Positions 7,467-18,802 are shown, numbered from the stretch's first letter. The stretch is DNA of 32,000 nucleotides from Candidatus Saccharimonadota bacterium (GCA_017609205.1 JAFCEL010000001.1:420001-452000); one strand, 5' to 3'. Program-made: numbers and translations. Notes: a model not told the origin generated them from the letters alone.

Positions 7467-7613
7467 TTATCTTAGACAAGCAGGCAAATCTCCGTGTTCT
7501 CGATGATGTTTTATACACTCACAACATATTCCTTTTCGAGGACAGCCTGGCCAGTTACATGGACATTCTTTTAAGTTACTATCGCGGTTAGGACATAATT
7601 CTCGTTGGGACAT
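7467..7613 (-). CDS. Cysteine-rich 48-aa miniprotein (CPC...CCEC motif), probable metal-binding, function unknown
   Basis: MSQRELCPNRDSNLKECPCNWPGCPRKGICCECIKHHREHGDLPACLR has 8 Cys and 3 His. The ATG at 7613-7611 lies 1 nt after the cysS stop codon. The ORF-track version (start 7667) would overlap the cysS 3' end. From memory it resembles a widespread uncharacterised CCEC-motif family; I could not verify this. Confidence 0.65.
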   Translation of the reverse strand: MSQRELCPNRDSNLKECPCNWPGCPRKGICCECIKHHREHGDLPACLR

Positions 7614-7614
7614 T

Positions 7615-8958
7615 TTATAATTTCCTAATTTTACTTCCTTCTTTGGTGTCTTCCACACCATAGCCATGTTTTCGGATTTCTTCTCTTAGTTCATCTGCTT
7701 TTTTCCAATTTTTTTCTCGACGATATTTCTCTCTTTTTTCAACAAGTTCTTCAATTTTTTTAGGAAGCTTAATTTTTTCTTTTTTTAGTAAATTCAATCC
7801 AAGAACCTCGTCCATCTTTTTAATAGTCTGAATTTTTCCTTCTGCTTTTTCATCTCTAACGAGCTTCCACAAAATCTGTAATGCTTTTGGTGTATTTAAG
7901 TCATCATTCATTGCCTTCTCAAATTTTCTTAAATATTCTTTATTAGTTTTCTTGTCGTCTTTTATCTCAGATATTTTATTTTTTAATCTTGAATATGCTT
8001 TTTTAGACGCTTCTAATCCTCTCCATGTGAAATTGAATCTTTGCCTGTAAATTTTTGTTAAATAAAAATATCTGAAGTCGAGTGGAGAATAATTTTTTTT
8101 GATTATGTCTCTAAGGTTGTAAAAATTTCCGAGTGACTTTGACATTTTTTTGTTGTCGACCAACAGCCACCCATTATGCATCCAATATTTTACGAATTTC
8201 TTTCCAGTAGCAGATTCTGACTGAGCTATTTCATTTTCATGATGGGGGAAAATTAGGTCTTCTCCTCCAGTGTGTATATCAAAACTTTCTCCAAGATATT
8301 TCATTGACATTGCAGAGCATTCAATATGCCACCCAGGTCTTCCTTTTCCAATCTCTGTCTCCCAAAAGACATCTCCGTCTTCGGGTGTATAAAACTTCCA
8401 TAGGGCAAAATCGTTGATGTTCTTTTTATCATATTCATCCTTCAGAATTCTTTTGCTAGCACCAGCTTTCAATGCCTTCTTTTTTATTCTTGATAATTTT
8501 CCATAATCTTTAAATTTGTTAATTGAAAAATAAATTCCATCTTGGGTTTTGTATGCAATACCCTTATCAAGAAGTTTTTTTACTATTGCAACCATTTCTT
8601 TGATATGCTCTGTTGCTCTTGGCATAACCTCGGGCATCTCAATATTCATCGCTTTTATGTCCTCAAGAAAACTCTTCTCGTATTTTTTAGTAAATTCTTT
8701 TAGTTTTACTCTTTCTTTTTGACTTCCTTTGATTGTTTTATCATCGACGTCTGTGAGATTCATAACTTCCTTAATTTTATATCTAGAATATTTCAAATAT
8801 CTTCTTAATATATCTGAGAAAGTATAAGCTCTTAGATTTCCTATATGAACATAATTGTAAATTGTTGGTCCGCAGACATATATGCCCACAAAATTTTTTT
8901 TGATCGGTTTGAAGATTTCTTTTTTTCTTGTAAGGGTATTGTATAATTTTAATGGCAT
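7615..8958 (-). CDS. cysS: Cysteine--tRNA ligase
   Basis: 447 aa. It has a class I HIGH-type motif (VHIGNLRAY), a KMSKS motif (KKMSKSLGN), and CysRS-typical GWHIECSAM and FPHHENEIAQS blocks. Confidence 0.95.
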   Translation of the reverse strand: MPLKLYNTLTRKKEIFKPIKKNFVGIYVCGPTIYNYVHIGNLRAYTFSDILRRYLKYSRYKIKEVMNLTDVDDKTIKGSQKERVKLKEFTKKYEKSFLEDIKAMNIEMPEVMPRATEHIKEMVAIVKKLLDKGIAYKTQDGIYFSINKFKDYGKLSRIKKKALKAGASKRILKDEYDKKNINDFALWKFYTPEDGDVFWETEIGKGRPGWHIECSAMSMKYLGESFDIHTGGEDLIFPHHENEIAQSESATGKKFVKYWMHNGWLLVDNKKMSKSLGNFYNLRDIIKKNYSPLDFRYFYLTKIYRQRFNFTWRGLEASKKAYSRLKNKISEIKDDKKTNKEYLRKFEKAMNDDLNTPKALQILWKLVRDEKAEGKIQTIKKMDEVLGLNLLKKEKIKLPKKIEELVEKREKYRREKNWKKADELREEIRKHGYGVEDTKEGSKIRKL

Positions 8959-8992
8959 GATTCATAAAGAATTCGAAGTTTAAAAAATTAAG

Positions 8993-9559
8993 TTATTCAG
9001 AGAGAATTTCCAAGTCAACATCAACAGGAGTTCCGTAAATTGGTCCGCTTTTGCTTCCATCAAATATTTTTATTTCATATCTTATCTGGCATGGAGGGGA
9101 TGTCTCTGGGATCTTAAATCTTACAAAAACCGGATCAGCCATCATACTTCCAGCAGCGAGCTGAATATTTGTTCTTTCTTTACCAAGAGAGATTAAATCG
9201 TCTGCCTCAGTCAATCTCATTCCACAGCTTGTTTCAATTGCAGAAATTTCATAAGAAAATTTTGCTTCTTGTTCTTTTACATTTCTAATCGAAAGACCAA
9301 ACCCTAAATTTTCTTTTCCTTTTTGAATCTTTATTTTTCTTGTTGGAGGATAAATAACTACTTTCTTTGAACTATCTTCAGTAAATAGTTTGTTTATTTC
9401 GTTTTTGACAGCAGTGTCGATACTGTCTATGTTTTCTGTTGAGCTTGCAAATATTTTGCTAATGAAATAACCTCCGAGGATAAGGACAATTGTTAGAAGA
9501 ACAATAGTTACCATTGTCCCCATGGTCATTTCCATAGCTGCCTTTTTGTATTTTATCAT
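8993..9559 (-). CDS. Hypothetical membrane-anchored or secreted protein, possible archaeal type IV pilin-like (class III signal peptide)
   Basis: 188 aa. The N-terminus KYKKAAMEMTMGTMVTIVLLTIVLILGGYFI has a short basic head followed by a long hydrophobic helix. The remainder looks like a beta-rich soluble domain. No family recognised. Confidence 0.55.
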   Translation of the reverse strand: MIKYKKAAMEMTMGTMVTIVLLTIVLILGGYFISKIFASSTENIDSIDTAVKNEINKLFTEDSSKKVVIYPPTRKIKIQKGKENLGFGLSIRNVKEQEAKFSYEISAIETSCGMRLTEADDLISLGKERTNIQLAAGSMMADPVFVRFKIPETSPPCQIRYEIKIFDGSKSGPIYGTPVDVDLEILSE

Positions 9560-9562
9560 CTT

Positions 9563-9853
9563 TTATTGCAAGGAAATAAAAGGGTTTAATCCATTGATTG
9601 TGTAATAGATGTTGATTGCGAGAGAAATTATTAATAGGATTGAGCTTAGAATAATTCCAATTGTATTATATTTTTTTGCTTTTTTTGATAATTCATCATT
9701 AGATTTTTTACTTTGGATTCTTCCGATTATTCCAAAAACAAGTCCAGAGAGAGGCATCATAACTGCCATAACAATGCTGATTATACCAAGAATATAGCTT
9801 ATAGTTCCTGTATCTTTTTTTATCTCTTTTTTCACCGCTTTTTTTTCAGTCAT
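9563..9853 (-). CDS. Small two-TM membrane protein (DUF4190-like topology)
   Basis: 96 aa. A Lys-rich N-terminus is followed by two hydrophobic helices separated by a basic loop (GRIQSKKSNDELSKKAKKYN). It ends 3 nt before the next gene. Confidence 0.6.
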   Translation of the reverse strand: MTEKKAVKKEIKKDTGTISYILGIISIVMAVMMPLSGLVFGIIGRIQSKKSNDELSKKAKKYNTIGIILSSILLIISLAINIYYTINGLNPFISLQ

Positions 9854-9915
9854 ATTTGAAATAGTTAATTTGTTTTTATAAATGTTTTGAAATAAAATCG
9901 AATAACTCTATTTTA

Positions 9916-9987
9916 TGGGAGTGGAGGGACTCGAACCCTCGACACCATGATCTTCAGTCATGTGCTCTCCCCCTGAGCTACACTCCC
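9916..9987 (-). tRNA. tRNA-Phe (GAA)
   Basis: The reverse complement reads GGGAGUGUAGCUCAGGGGGAGAGCACAUGACUGAAGAUCAUGGUGUCGAGGGUUCGAGUCCCUCCACUCCCA. It folds as a cloverleaf with anticodon loop CUGAAGA and T-loop GGUUCGAGUCC. There is no intron and no encoded CCA. Confidence 0.93.
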
Positions 9988-10008
9988 TTGTTAATTTAAT
10001 AGAGAAGT

Positions 10009-10019
10009 ATTTTTTAAAT
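10009..10019 (-). promoter_or_regulatory. Putative TATA box for tRNA-Phe
   Basis: The minus strand reads TTTAAAAAATA, centred about 27 nt upstream of the tRNA 5' end (9987). Confidence 0.45.
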
Positions 10020-10028
10020 GTTTAGAAA

Positions 10029-10359
10029 TGTAAGTCAGGAATAGGCCAGATTCTGTAAAACCTCGTCAAAGACGAACGGTTTTTGTTGACATTCCACTAA
10101 GCGGCTTTGAAGCCTTGCATCAGTTAGGGTGGTCGTTTCATCAAATCTTCGTCGTCAAAGTTTAACGCATGTTTCATAACTCAGACGAAGCTGTGTCGTT
10201 TCTGTTCCATTGCCCTGCCTCACGACAGATGGATTTTCATCCATTAACACTTTCCCGCAAATGCGTTCGATGTCCGGACCTTCCTCAGAACTCAAAAATC
10301 ATATAGTGATTTTTTGACAACCTAATGTCCGAGTTCCGAAGTCAACTACCTGACTTACA
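10029..10359 (-). ncRNA. rnpB: RNase P RNA (archaeal)
   Basis: This is a GC-enriched ORF-free block. The minus strand contains CUGAGGAAGGUCCGGAC (CR-I, consensus GAGGAAAGUCCGGGC). It also has GGCAGGGCAAUGGAACAGAAACGA and, near the 3' end, ACAGAAUCUGGCCUAU (CR-V-like). An 11-bp terminal P1 helix pairs UGUAAGUCAGG with CCUGACUUACA. Confidence 0.85.
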
Positions 10360-10378
10360 AAAATTAATATAGGATTGT

Positions 10379-10386
10379 ATTTAAAA
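10379..10386 (-). promoter_or_regulatory. Putative TATA box for RNase P RNA
   Basis: The minus strand reads GTTTTTAAATAC. TTTAAATA is centred about 23-24 nt upstream of the predicted P1 5' end (10359). Confidence 0.45.
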
Positions 10387-10407
10387 ACTTTACTTTATTA
10401 ATATTCT

Positions 10408-10995
10408 ATGTTAGCTAAGTATTTTTTCTCAGGGGTTTTTGTGAAGTTAATAACTGGTTTTGATGATACTTTAGTCCATATACCTATAATGACTAATGTT
10501 GCTAAAACCAGAAAAGGGAGATTTGCTTTTTCTTTAGGTATATTTCTTGCAGTTTCTTTGGCAATACTTGTCTCTTTTTTATTTGCATCAGTTCTTCGAT
10601 CAATTCCTTATTATAGGTATATTTCATCTGGGCTAATTTTTTTGCTCGCGATTTTTGTTTATGTCAGCCCTTTCTCTGCAAAAAATAAGACAAAACTTCG
10701 AAGAAGAATTTCTAAGACTCAAAAAACTCCTGCAAAGAGAATTTTCCAGTTAGTGGGTTTAGGTTTTATTACTGCATTTGCAACTGTTATTGACGATACT
10801 CTTGCTTACTCTTCTTTGCTTGTTCAAAAATACTCTGCAATTCCAGTGATATCAGGAATTCTTTATGCAACAATTCTTGAATTATTTATTATAGTTTCTT
10901 TCTCAACTAAACTTCAGAAGATAAAATACAAAAAGGAAATAACAACTTTAGGTTTGCTTATATTGAGCTTGTTTATTTTGTTAGGGGTATTGTGA
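10408..10995 (+). CDS. Polytopic membrane protein with internal duplication, weakly CadD-like (cadmium-resistance transporter family)
   Basis: 195 aa with about 5-6 hydrophobic helices. The two halves each begin with a (F/I)DDTL motif (TGFDDTLVH, TVIDDTLAY). The segment ...AKTRKGR after helix 1 resembles CadD (...ARAKTRKE). This is a motif-level assignment only. Confidence 0.4.
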   Translation: MLAKYFFSGVFVKLITGFDDTLVHIPIMTNVAKTRKGRFAFSLGIFLAVSLAILVSFLFASVLRSIPYYRYISSGLIFLLAIFVYVSPFSAKNKTKLRRRISKTQKTPAKRIFQLVGLGFITAFATVIDDTLAYSSLLVQKYSAIPVISGILYATILELFIIVSFSTKLQKIKYKKEITTLGLLILSLFILLGVL

Positions 10996-11073
10996 AATTA
11001 AACTTTTTATTTATTATCCTAAACTTTTTACGGGATTTTTGAATGTTTATTTTAGATTTCTGTAAGAAAAAAA

Positions 11074-11082
11074 TTTAAATAC
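11074..11082 (+). promoter_or_regulatory. Putative TATA box for the hsp20 / basic-protein pair
   Basis: TTTAAATAC lies about 35 nt upstream of the hsp20 ATG. The same 9-mer core occurs upstream of the rRNA operon, rnpB and the LigD-PE gene. Confidence 0.4.
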
Positions 11083-11112
11083 TTATGTCTTTATCATAAT
11101 AATAGGATTAAA

Positions 11113-11379
11113 ATGATAAATAATCAAAAAGAGGTTGTACTTGAGTTCAATCTTCCTGGTTTTAAGAGAGAGGATATAAATGTAAAACTTTCAAGGAATT
11201 CTGTTGTAATAAAAGCCAGAAGAAAATACAAGAATAAAATACAAAAAAAGGATTTTTTTCATGTTGAGAAATCAAGTCGGATGTTTAATTATGCTACCAC
11301 CCTGCCTAAGATAAATCCTGATAAAGCTAAAATAGAATTTAAGGGAGGAGTTTTGAGAATAAAGGCTCCTAAAGAGTGA
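11113..11379 (+). CDS. Minimal small heat-shock protein (alpha-crystallin domain only, Hsp20 family)
   Basis: 88 aa. The pattern LEFNLPGFKREDINVKLSRNSVVIKARR...FNYATTLPKINPDKAKIEFKGGVLRIKAPK is a typical ACD. There is no N-terminal arm and no obvious C-terminal IXI tail. Confidence 0.85.
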   Translation: MINNQKEVVLEFNLPGFKREDINVKLSRNSVVIKARRKYKNKIQKKDFFHVEKSSRMFNYATTLPKINPDKAKIEFKGGVLRIKAPKE

Positions 11380-11383
11380 GATT

Positions 11384-11893
11384 ATGGCGACTACAAAACA
11401 AAAGAAAGCTGCGAGGAGAAATATTAAGAAAGCGCAGGCTAAGTGGAAAAGCATGACTTCTCGTCAAAGGGCTTTGGCACAACCAGAGGGAAGAGCAAGA
11501 GCCAAACCAGGAACAAAAGGAGCAGGGAAATACTATAGAATTATCTTAAGACCTAAATCTGAATTTACTTCTTTTAGAAATCATGATGTTGGCAAAAAGG
11601 GTCATTTACAAAGAATTGCTGGAAAAAGAAGAAGTGGGAGTTGGGCAACTCATGCTTGGCTGATTGCTAAGTCAGATGCTGAAGTGAAAAATGGTCTTCT
11701 TGTGGGGAAGACAAAAGACGCGAAGGATCTTTTAGCTAAATTGAGGACAAGGCCTAAAAGGGTTAGGAAAGATATTTTTGAGGCAAAAGATAGAAGAAAT
11801 GTTCCTGAAAAAGAAAAACCGACTCCTGCAATGAAGAAGGCTTGGAGTAAAAATATCCTTAAGGCTATTGCAGCTCGTTGGAAAAAGAAATAA
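11384..11893 (+). CDS. Highly basic conserved-looking protein of unknown function
   Basis: 169 aa, starting 4 nt after the hsp20 stop. It has Lys/Arg-rich termini around a core, YYRIILRPKSEFTSFRNHDVGKKGHLQRIAGKRRSGSWATHAWLIAK. By eye its codons are more GC-rich than those of its neighbours. It recalls an uncharacterised bacterial family, but I could not verify that. Confidence 0.7.
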   Translation: MATTKQKKAARRNIKKAQAKWKSMTSRQRALAQPEGRARAKPGTKGAGKYYRIILRPKSEFTSFRNHDVGKKGHLQRIAGKRRSGSWATHAWLIAKSDAEVKNGLLVGKTKDAKDLLAKLRTRPKRVRKDIFEAKDRRNVPEKEKPTPAMKKAWSKNILKAIAARWKKK

Positions 11894-11974
11894 TTCTTTT
11901 TTCTGAATATTGGTTGGAAACTGCTGATTTTTGTGCATGGAAAATCTTAAAAAGAGTTTTTTTCTTTGGAAGTT

Positions 11975-12526
11975 ATGAAGAAAAGAAATTTAACTTCTTT
12001 GAAAAATTCTTCAGGATTAGATAGTTCTTTTAGGAAGTTTATTCAGAATCCTCAGAGGATTTTGAAGGAATATGTTAAAGAAGGGATGAATGTTCTTGAT
12101 ATTGGTTGCGGTCCTGGATTATTCTCTTTTGAAATGGCTAAGATGGTTGGTCCAAATGGAAAAGTTGTTGCTGCAGATATCCAGAAGGATATGTTAGATA
12201 GATTAAAGAATAAGATTAAGGGACTAAAAATAGAGAAGAGAATCAGAATTCATAAATGCGGAAAGAATAAAATAGGGCTGAATGAGAAATTTGATTTTAT
12301 TCTTGTTTTTTATGTTGCTCATGAAGTTGAAAATAAAAAGGGGTTTTTTAATGGATTGAGAAAATTAATGAAAGCTAAAACAAAAATTCTTATTGCAGAA
12401 CCTATTTTTCATGTTTCGAAAAATTCTTTTGAAGATACTCTTGAAGAAGCTGAGTCATTAGGGTTAAGGATTGTCAAGAGACCTAAAATTCTTTTAAGCA
12501 GAGCAGCACTTTTAGCAAAGAATTAA
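11975..12526 (+). CDS. Class I SAM-dependent methyltransferase
   Basis: It has motif I, VLDIGCGPGLFSFEMA, followed by an acidic residue after beta-2 (VVAADI). The ORF track begins at TTG 11966; ATG 11975 is more plausible. The substrate is not inferable. Confidence 0.8.
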   Translation: MKKRNLTSLKNSSGLDSSFRKFIQNPQRILKEYVKEGMNVLDIGCGPGLFSFEMAKMVGPNGKVVAADIQKDMLDRLKNKIKGLKIEKRIRIHKCGKNKIGLNEKFDFILVFYVAHEVENKKGFFNGLRKLMKAKTKILIAEPIFHVSKNSFEDTLEEAESLGLRIVKRPKILLSRAALLAKN

Positions 12527-12553
12527 TTATTATTAATTTAACTTTTTCTAACT

Positions 12554-12575
12554 TGAAATAAGCACTTTCACAATC
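12554..12575. repeat. 23S processing-stem arm (3' flank of pre-23S)
   Basis: TGAAATAAGCACTTTCACAATC is perfectly complementary (22 bp) to 15475-15496. A second helix pairs 12580-12590 with 15395-15405 (10 of 11 bp). Confidence 0.8.
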
Positions 12576-12599
12576 AAATGTTCTCGGGAATTGTTGAGA

Positions 12600-15394
<2,795 letters not shown>

Positions 15395-15474
15395 TTCCTG
15401 AGAACTTTTTATTTGAACTAATTATGCTTCTTTGATAATATAGAAATAAGCAAGAATTAGTTCAGACTAAGTGG

Positions 15475-15496
15475 GATTGTGAAAGTGCTTATTTCA
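15475..15496. repeat. 23S processing-stem arm (5' flank of pre-23S)
   Basis: This is the reverse complement of 12554-12575. Between this arm and the inner helix lies a roughly 70-nt insert that forms its own hairpin (GAACTAATT...AATTAGTTC, about 15411-15463). Confidence 0.8.
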
Positions 15497-15680
15497 TTGA
15501 ATTTGAAATTCTCAAAATGATTCTGTATTAAAAATACAGAACCACCTCTAAAAAGGTGAGTATGATAAAAGATTTTTGCTACGATTTTATATCGATAAAT
15601 TTGTTTTATTTATATTAGGGTGGAATAGGAGTTTAAAAGTCTTTCGTAGAGGATTTTACTTGAACTAAGGTTCAATTTTA

Positions 15681-15751
15681 TGGACCTGCCGTGAATTGAA
15701 CACGGAGCTCCTCGGTGCAAACGAGGTATTTTACCGTTAAACTACAGGCCC
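15681..15751 (-). tRNA. tRNA-Ala (UGC) in the 16S-23S spacer
   Basis: The reverse complement reads GGGCCUGUAGUUUAACGGUAAAAUACCUCGUUUGCACCGAGGAGCUCCGUGUUCAAUUCACGGCAGGUCCA. The anticodon loop is UUUGCAC and the G3:U70 identity pair is present. This is the canonical archaeal spacer tRNA. Confidence 0.93.
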
Positions 15752-15938
15752 TTAAAGCGAATGTGTTTCTTGGTTTCTCCTTGAACATCAGTAGGTAACC
15801 TTTCACATTCATGGGAATTTGTAAAAGTGGTTATTCTGTTTGAATAATTTAAGAATTCTTGGGGGTTTTTAAGTTTTATTTATCTTTCTTTCTTTGATTA
15901 GTTCTTTTGGGATTATCTTCTGATTTTTTTAAGATTTA

Positions 15939-15965
15939 GAGGTAGTACGCAGAATACAGCCTCGC
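15939..15965. repeat. 16S processing-stem arm (3' flank of pre-16S)
   Basis: GAGGTAGTACGCAGAATACAGCCTCGC pairs with 17570-17590 as helices of 4, 9, 4 and 4 bp. Bulges of 3, 1 and 2 nt separate them, all on this arm. Confidence 0.7.
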
Positions 15966-15984
15966 TGTAAGTTTAAATAATTTA

Positions 15985-17418
<1,434 letters not shown>

Positions 17419-17569
17419 AACAAGTCATAGACTATCATCGATAATCTCCTTGCGCGATTTGAAGGTAAGAAATCAAATCACTTCACTCTCTCCTAACTAT
17501 GGGCTATAAAAACTTACAACTAATGATTGCTCGACGAATTTGTAATTATTCGACGAAACTATCACGTAG

Positions 17570-17590
17570 GCGACTGTTTCTGCGTACCTC
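17570..17590. repeat. 16S processing-stem arm (5' leader of pre-16S)
   Basis: GCGACTGTTTCTGCGTACCTC is complementary, with bulges, to 15939-15965. It lies about 150 nt upstream of the mature 16S 5' end. Confidence 0.7.
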
Positions 17591-17660
17591 ATACTTTAAT
17601 GAAAAAATATTTTGAGTTATTAAAGTACTCATTCTAAATATTAACTTCAGAAAATTTTGG

Positions 17661-17668
17661 TATTTAAA
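17661..17668 (-). promoter_or_regulatory. Candidate TATA box of the rRNA operon promoter
   Basis: The minus strand reads CCAAAACATTTAAATACC (TTTAAATA with an A-rich BRE-like tract upstream). It lies upstream of the leader arm of the 16S processing stem, as required. Other AT-rich candidates exist within 17630-17695. Confidence 0.35.
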
Positions 17669-17718
17669 TGTTTTGGAGTCTATTTAAGCAGGGAAATAAT
17701 TTTTCTAATGTCTCTTAT

Positions 17719-18663
17719 TCATTCGAGAAATCTGTTGAGGCTGTTTTTTGGAGTTTCTTCTGTGAAAGAAAGTGTTTGAACTTCAGATGCTTCTGTATTG
17801 GTGGGGTTTTCGTTAAATAAGGTCATAATCATCTCAGTTGAATTGTCAAATTTCTTTTTTGTTTCATAGAATGTGAGGTTTACTTTTGGAACATCTTCTT
17901 CAAGTAGAAATTCATTGATTACAAGAAAAGAGTTTTCAGTAAGATTTATTATTTTACTAAGATTTGATTCATTACCATCGAAAAGAAGGTTATGTGGATG
18001 TTCCTCATTTCCAATCTTGATTGAATGAATGTTCTCATTTAAGCCCTTGAAATAAAAAATCTTATTCCCTTCAAGAAGGATGGTTGTTATGAAAATCTCC
18101 TCGCTGTTTTTTATTTTGGTTGTTATTATACCTTTCTCTTGTTCGCATTTTCCAGAATTACAAATATCACTTCTGCATTCAAAATCATGAGTACAATTTT
18201 CATCGGCTATCTTTTGATTAATAAACCCTGTTCTTTTAAAAGATCCGATATAATAATTCCCGCAATATTTTTTATCTTTTATGTAACCAATGTCTCTACA
18301 AATAGACTCTTCAAAATCCCAGCATCCCCCACAATTCTTGCATTCTTTTGATTTTATTATTTCTTCTTCATAAATGTATTTTTTCGTTCCGTTAGATAAA
18401 ATAATAGCATATTCTCTATTCAAACTTGTGTCCATATAAAACTTAGAAGAACTTGTGAACGAAGGATAAGCTTCACTTGTAATATTTGTGCTTGTTCCAC
18501 TGCTTGTTGTTCCCATAGCAGATTGAAGATTTGTTTGAATATTGCCTGCTTCGATCAAGTCCGGTGAAGATACAATAAAATGTATAGGATAATTTGCAGA
18601 AGAAACAAAAGATAGAATTGCTACTAATAAAACTGCTAAAGATAGAATGAATCTCGATTTCAT
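17719..18663 (-). CDS. Secreted cysteine-rich protein of unknown function
   Basis: 314 aa. It has a Sec-type signal peptide (MKSRFILSLAVLLVAILSFVSSA) and a Ser/Thr-rich linker. A central 9-Cys module spans CKNCGGCW...CTHDFECRSDICNSGKC. There are many N-x-S/T sequons and no C-terminal membrane anchor. Confidence 0.7.
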   Translation of the reverse strand: MKSRFILSLAVLLVAILSFVSSANYPIHFIVSSPDLIEAGNIQTNLQSAMGTTSSGTSTNITSEAYPSFTSSSKFYMDTSLNREYAIILSNGTKKYIYEEEIIKSKECKNCGGCWDFEESICRDIGYIKDKKYCGNYYIGSFKRTGFINQKIADENCTHDFECRSDICNSGKCEQEKGIITTKIKNSEEIFITTILLEGNKIFYFKGLNENIHSIKIGNEEHPHNLLFDGNESNLSKIINLTENSFLVINEFLLEEDVPKVNLTFYETKKKFDNSTEMIMTLFNENPTNTEASEVQTLSFTEETPKNSLNRFLE

Positions 18664-18802
18664 ACTTTATGAGAAATTAAAATTATAAAAGATTAACTGA
18701 AACATTCTTAAATTAGTTTATTTGAATAAAATTATATTCTATTCTCTTTTTTAAGGAATTTAGAATTTTGGGTTTTTATATTTGTCAATAGATTGTTATA
18801 TC

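Noticed and set aside
7614-7667. The long (66-aa) form of the Cys-rich ORF, starting at 7667.
   Set aside because: The extra 18 codons overlap the cysS C-terminus in another frame. The internal ATG at 7613 gives the compact stop-A-ATG junction typical of this genome. The short form is preferred, but the long form is not strictly excluded.
15497-15680. A possible internal promoter or small RNA in the tRNA(Ala)-23S spacer (short hairpins TCTGTATT-AAAA-ATACAGA and CACCTCT-AAAAA-GGTGAG).
   Set aside because: These are short AT-rich hairpins of the kind expected in any processed spacer. There are no conserved boxes and no independent support.
17531-17557. An apparent hairpin, TCGACGAATTTGTAATTATTCGACGAA, in the 16S leader.
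   Set aside because: On inspection the two TCGACGAA copies are direct repeats, not inverted, so they do not form a stem. No function can be argued.
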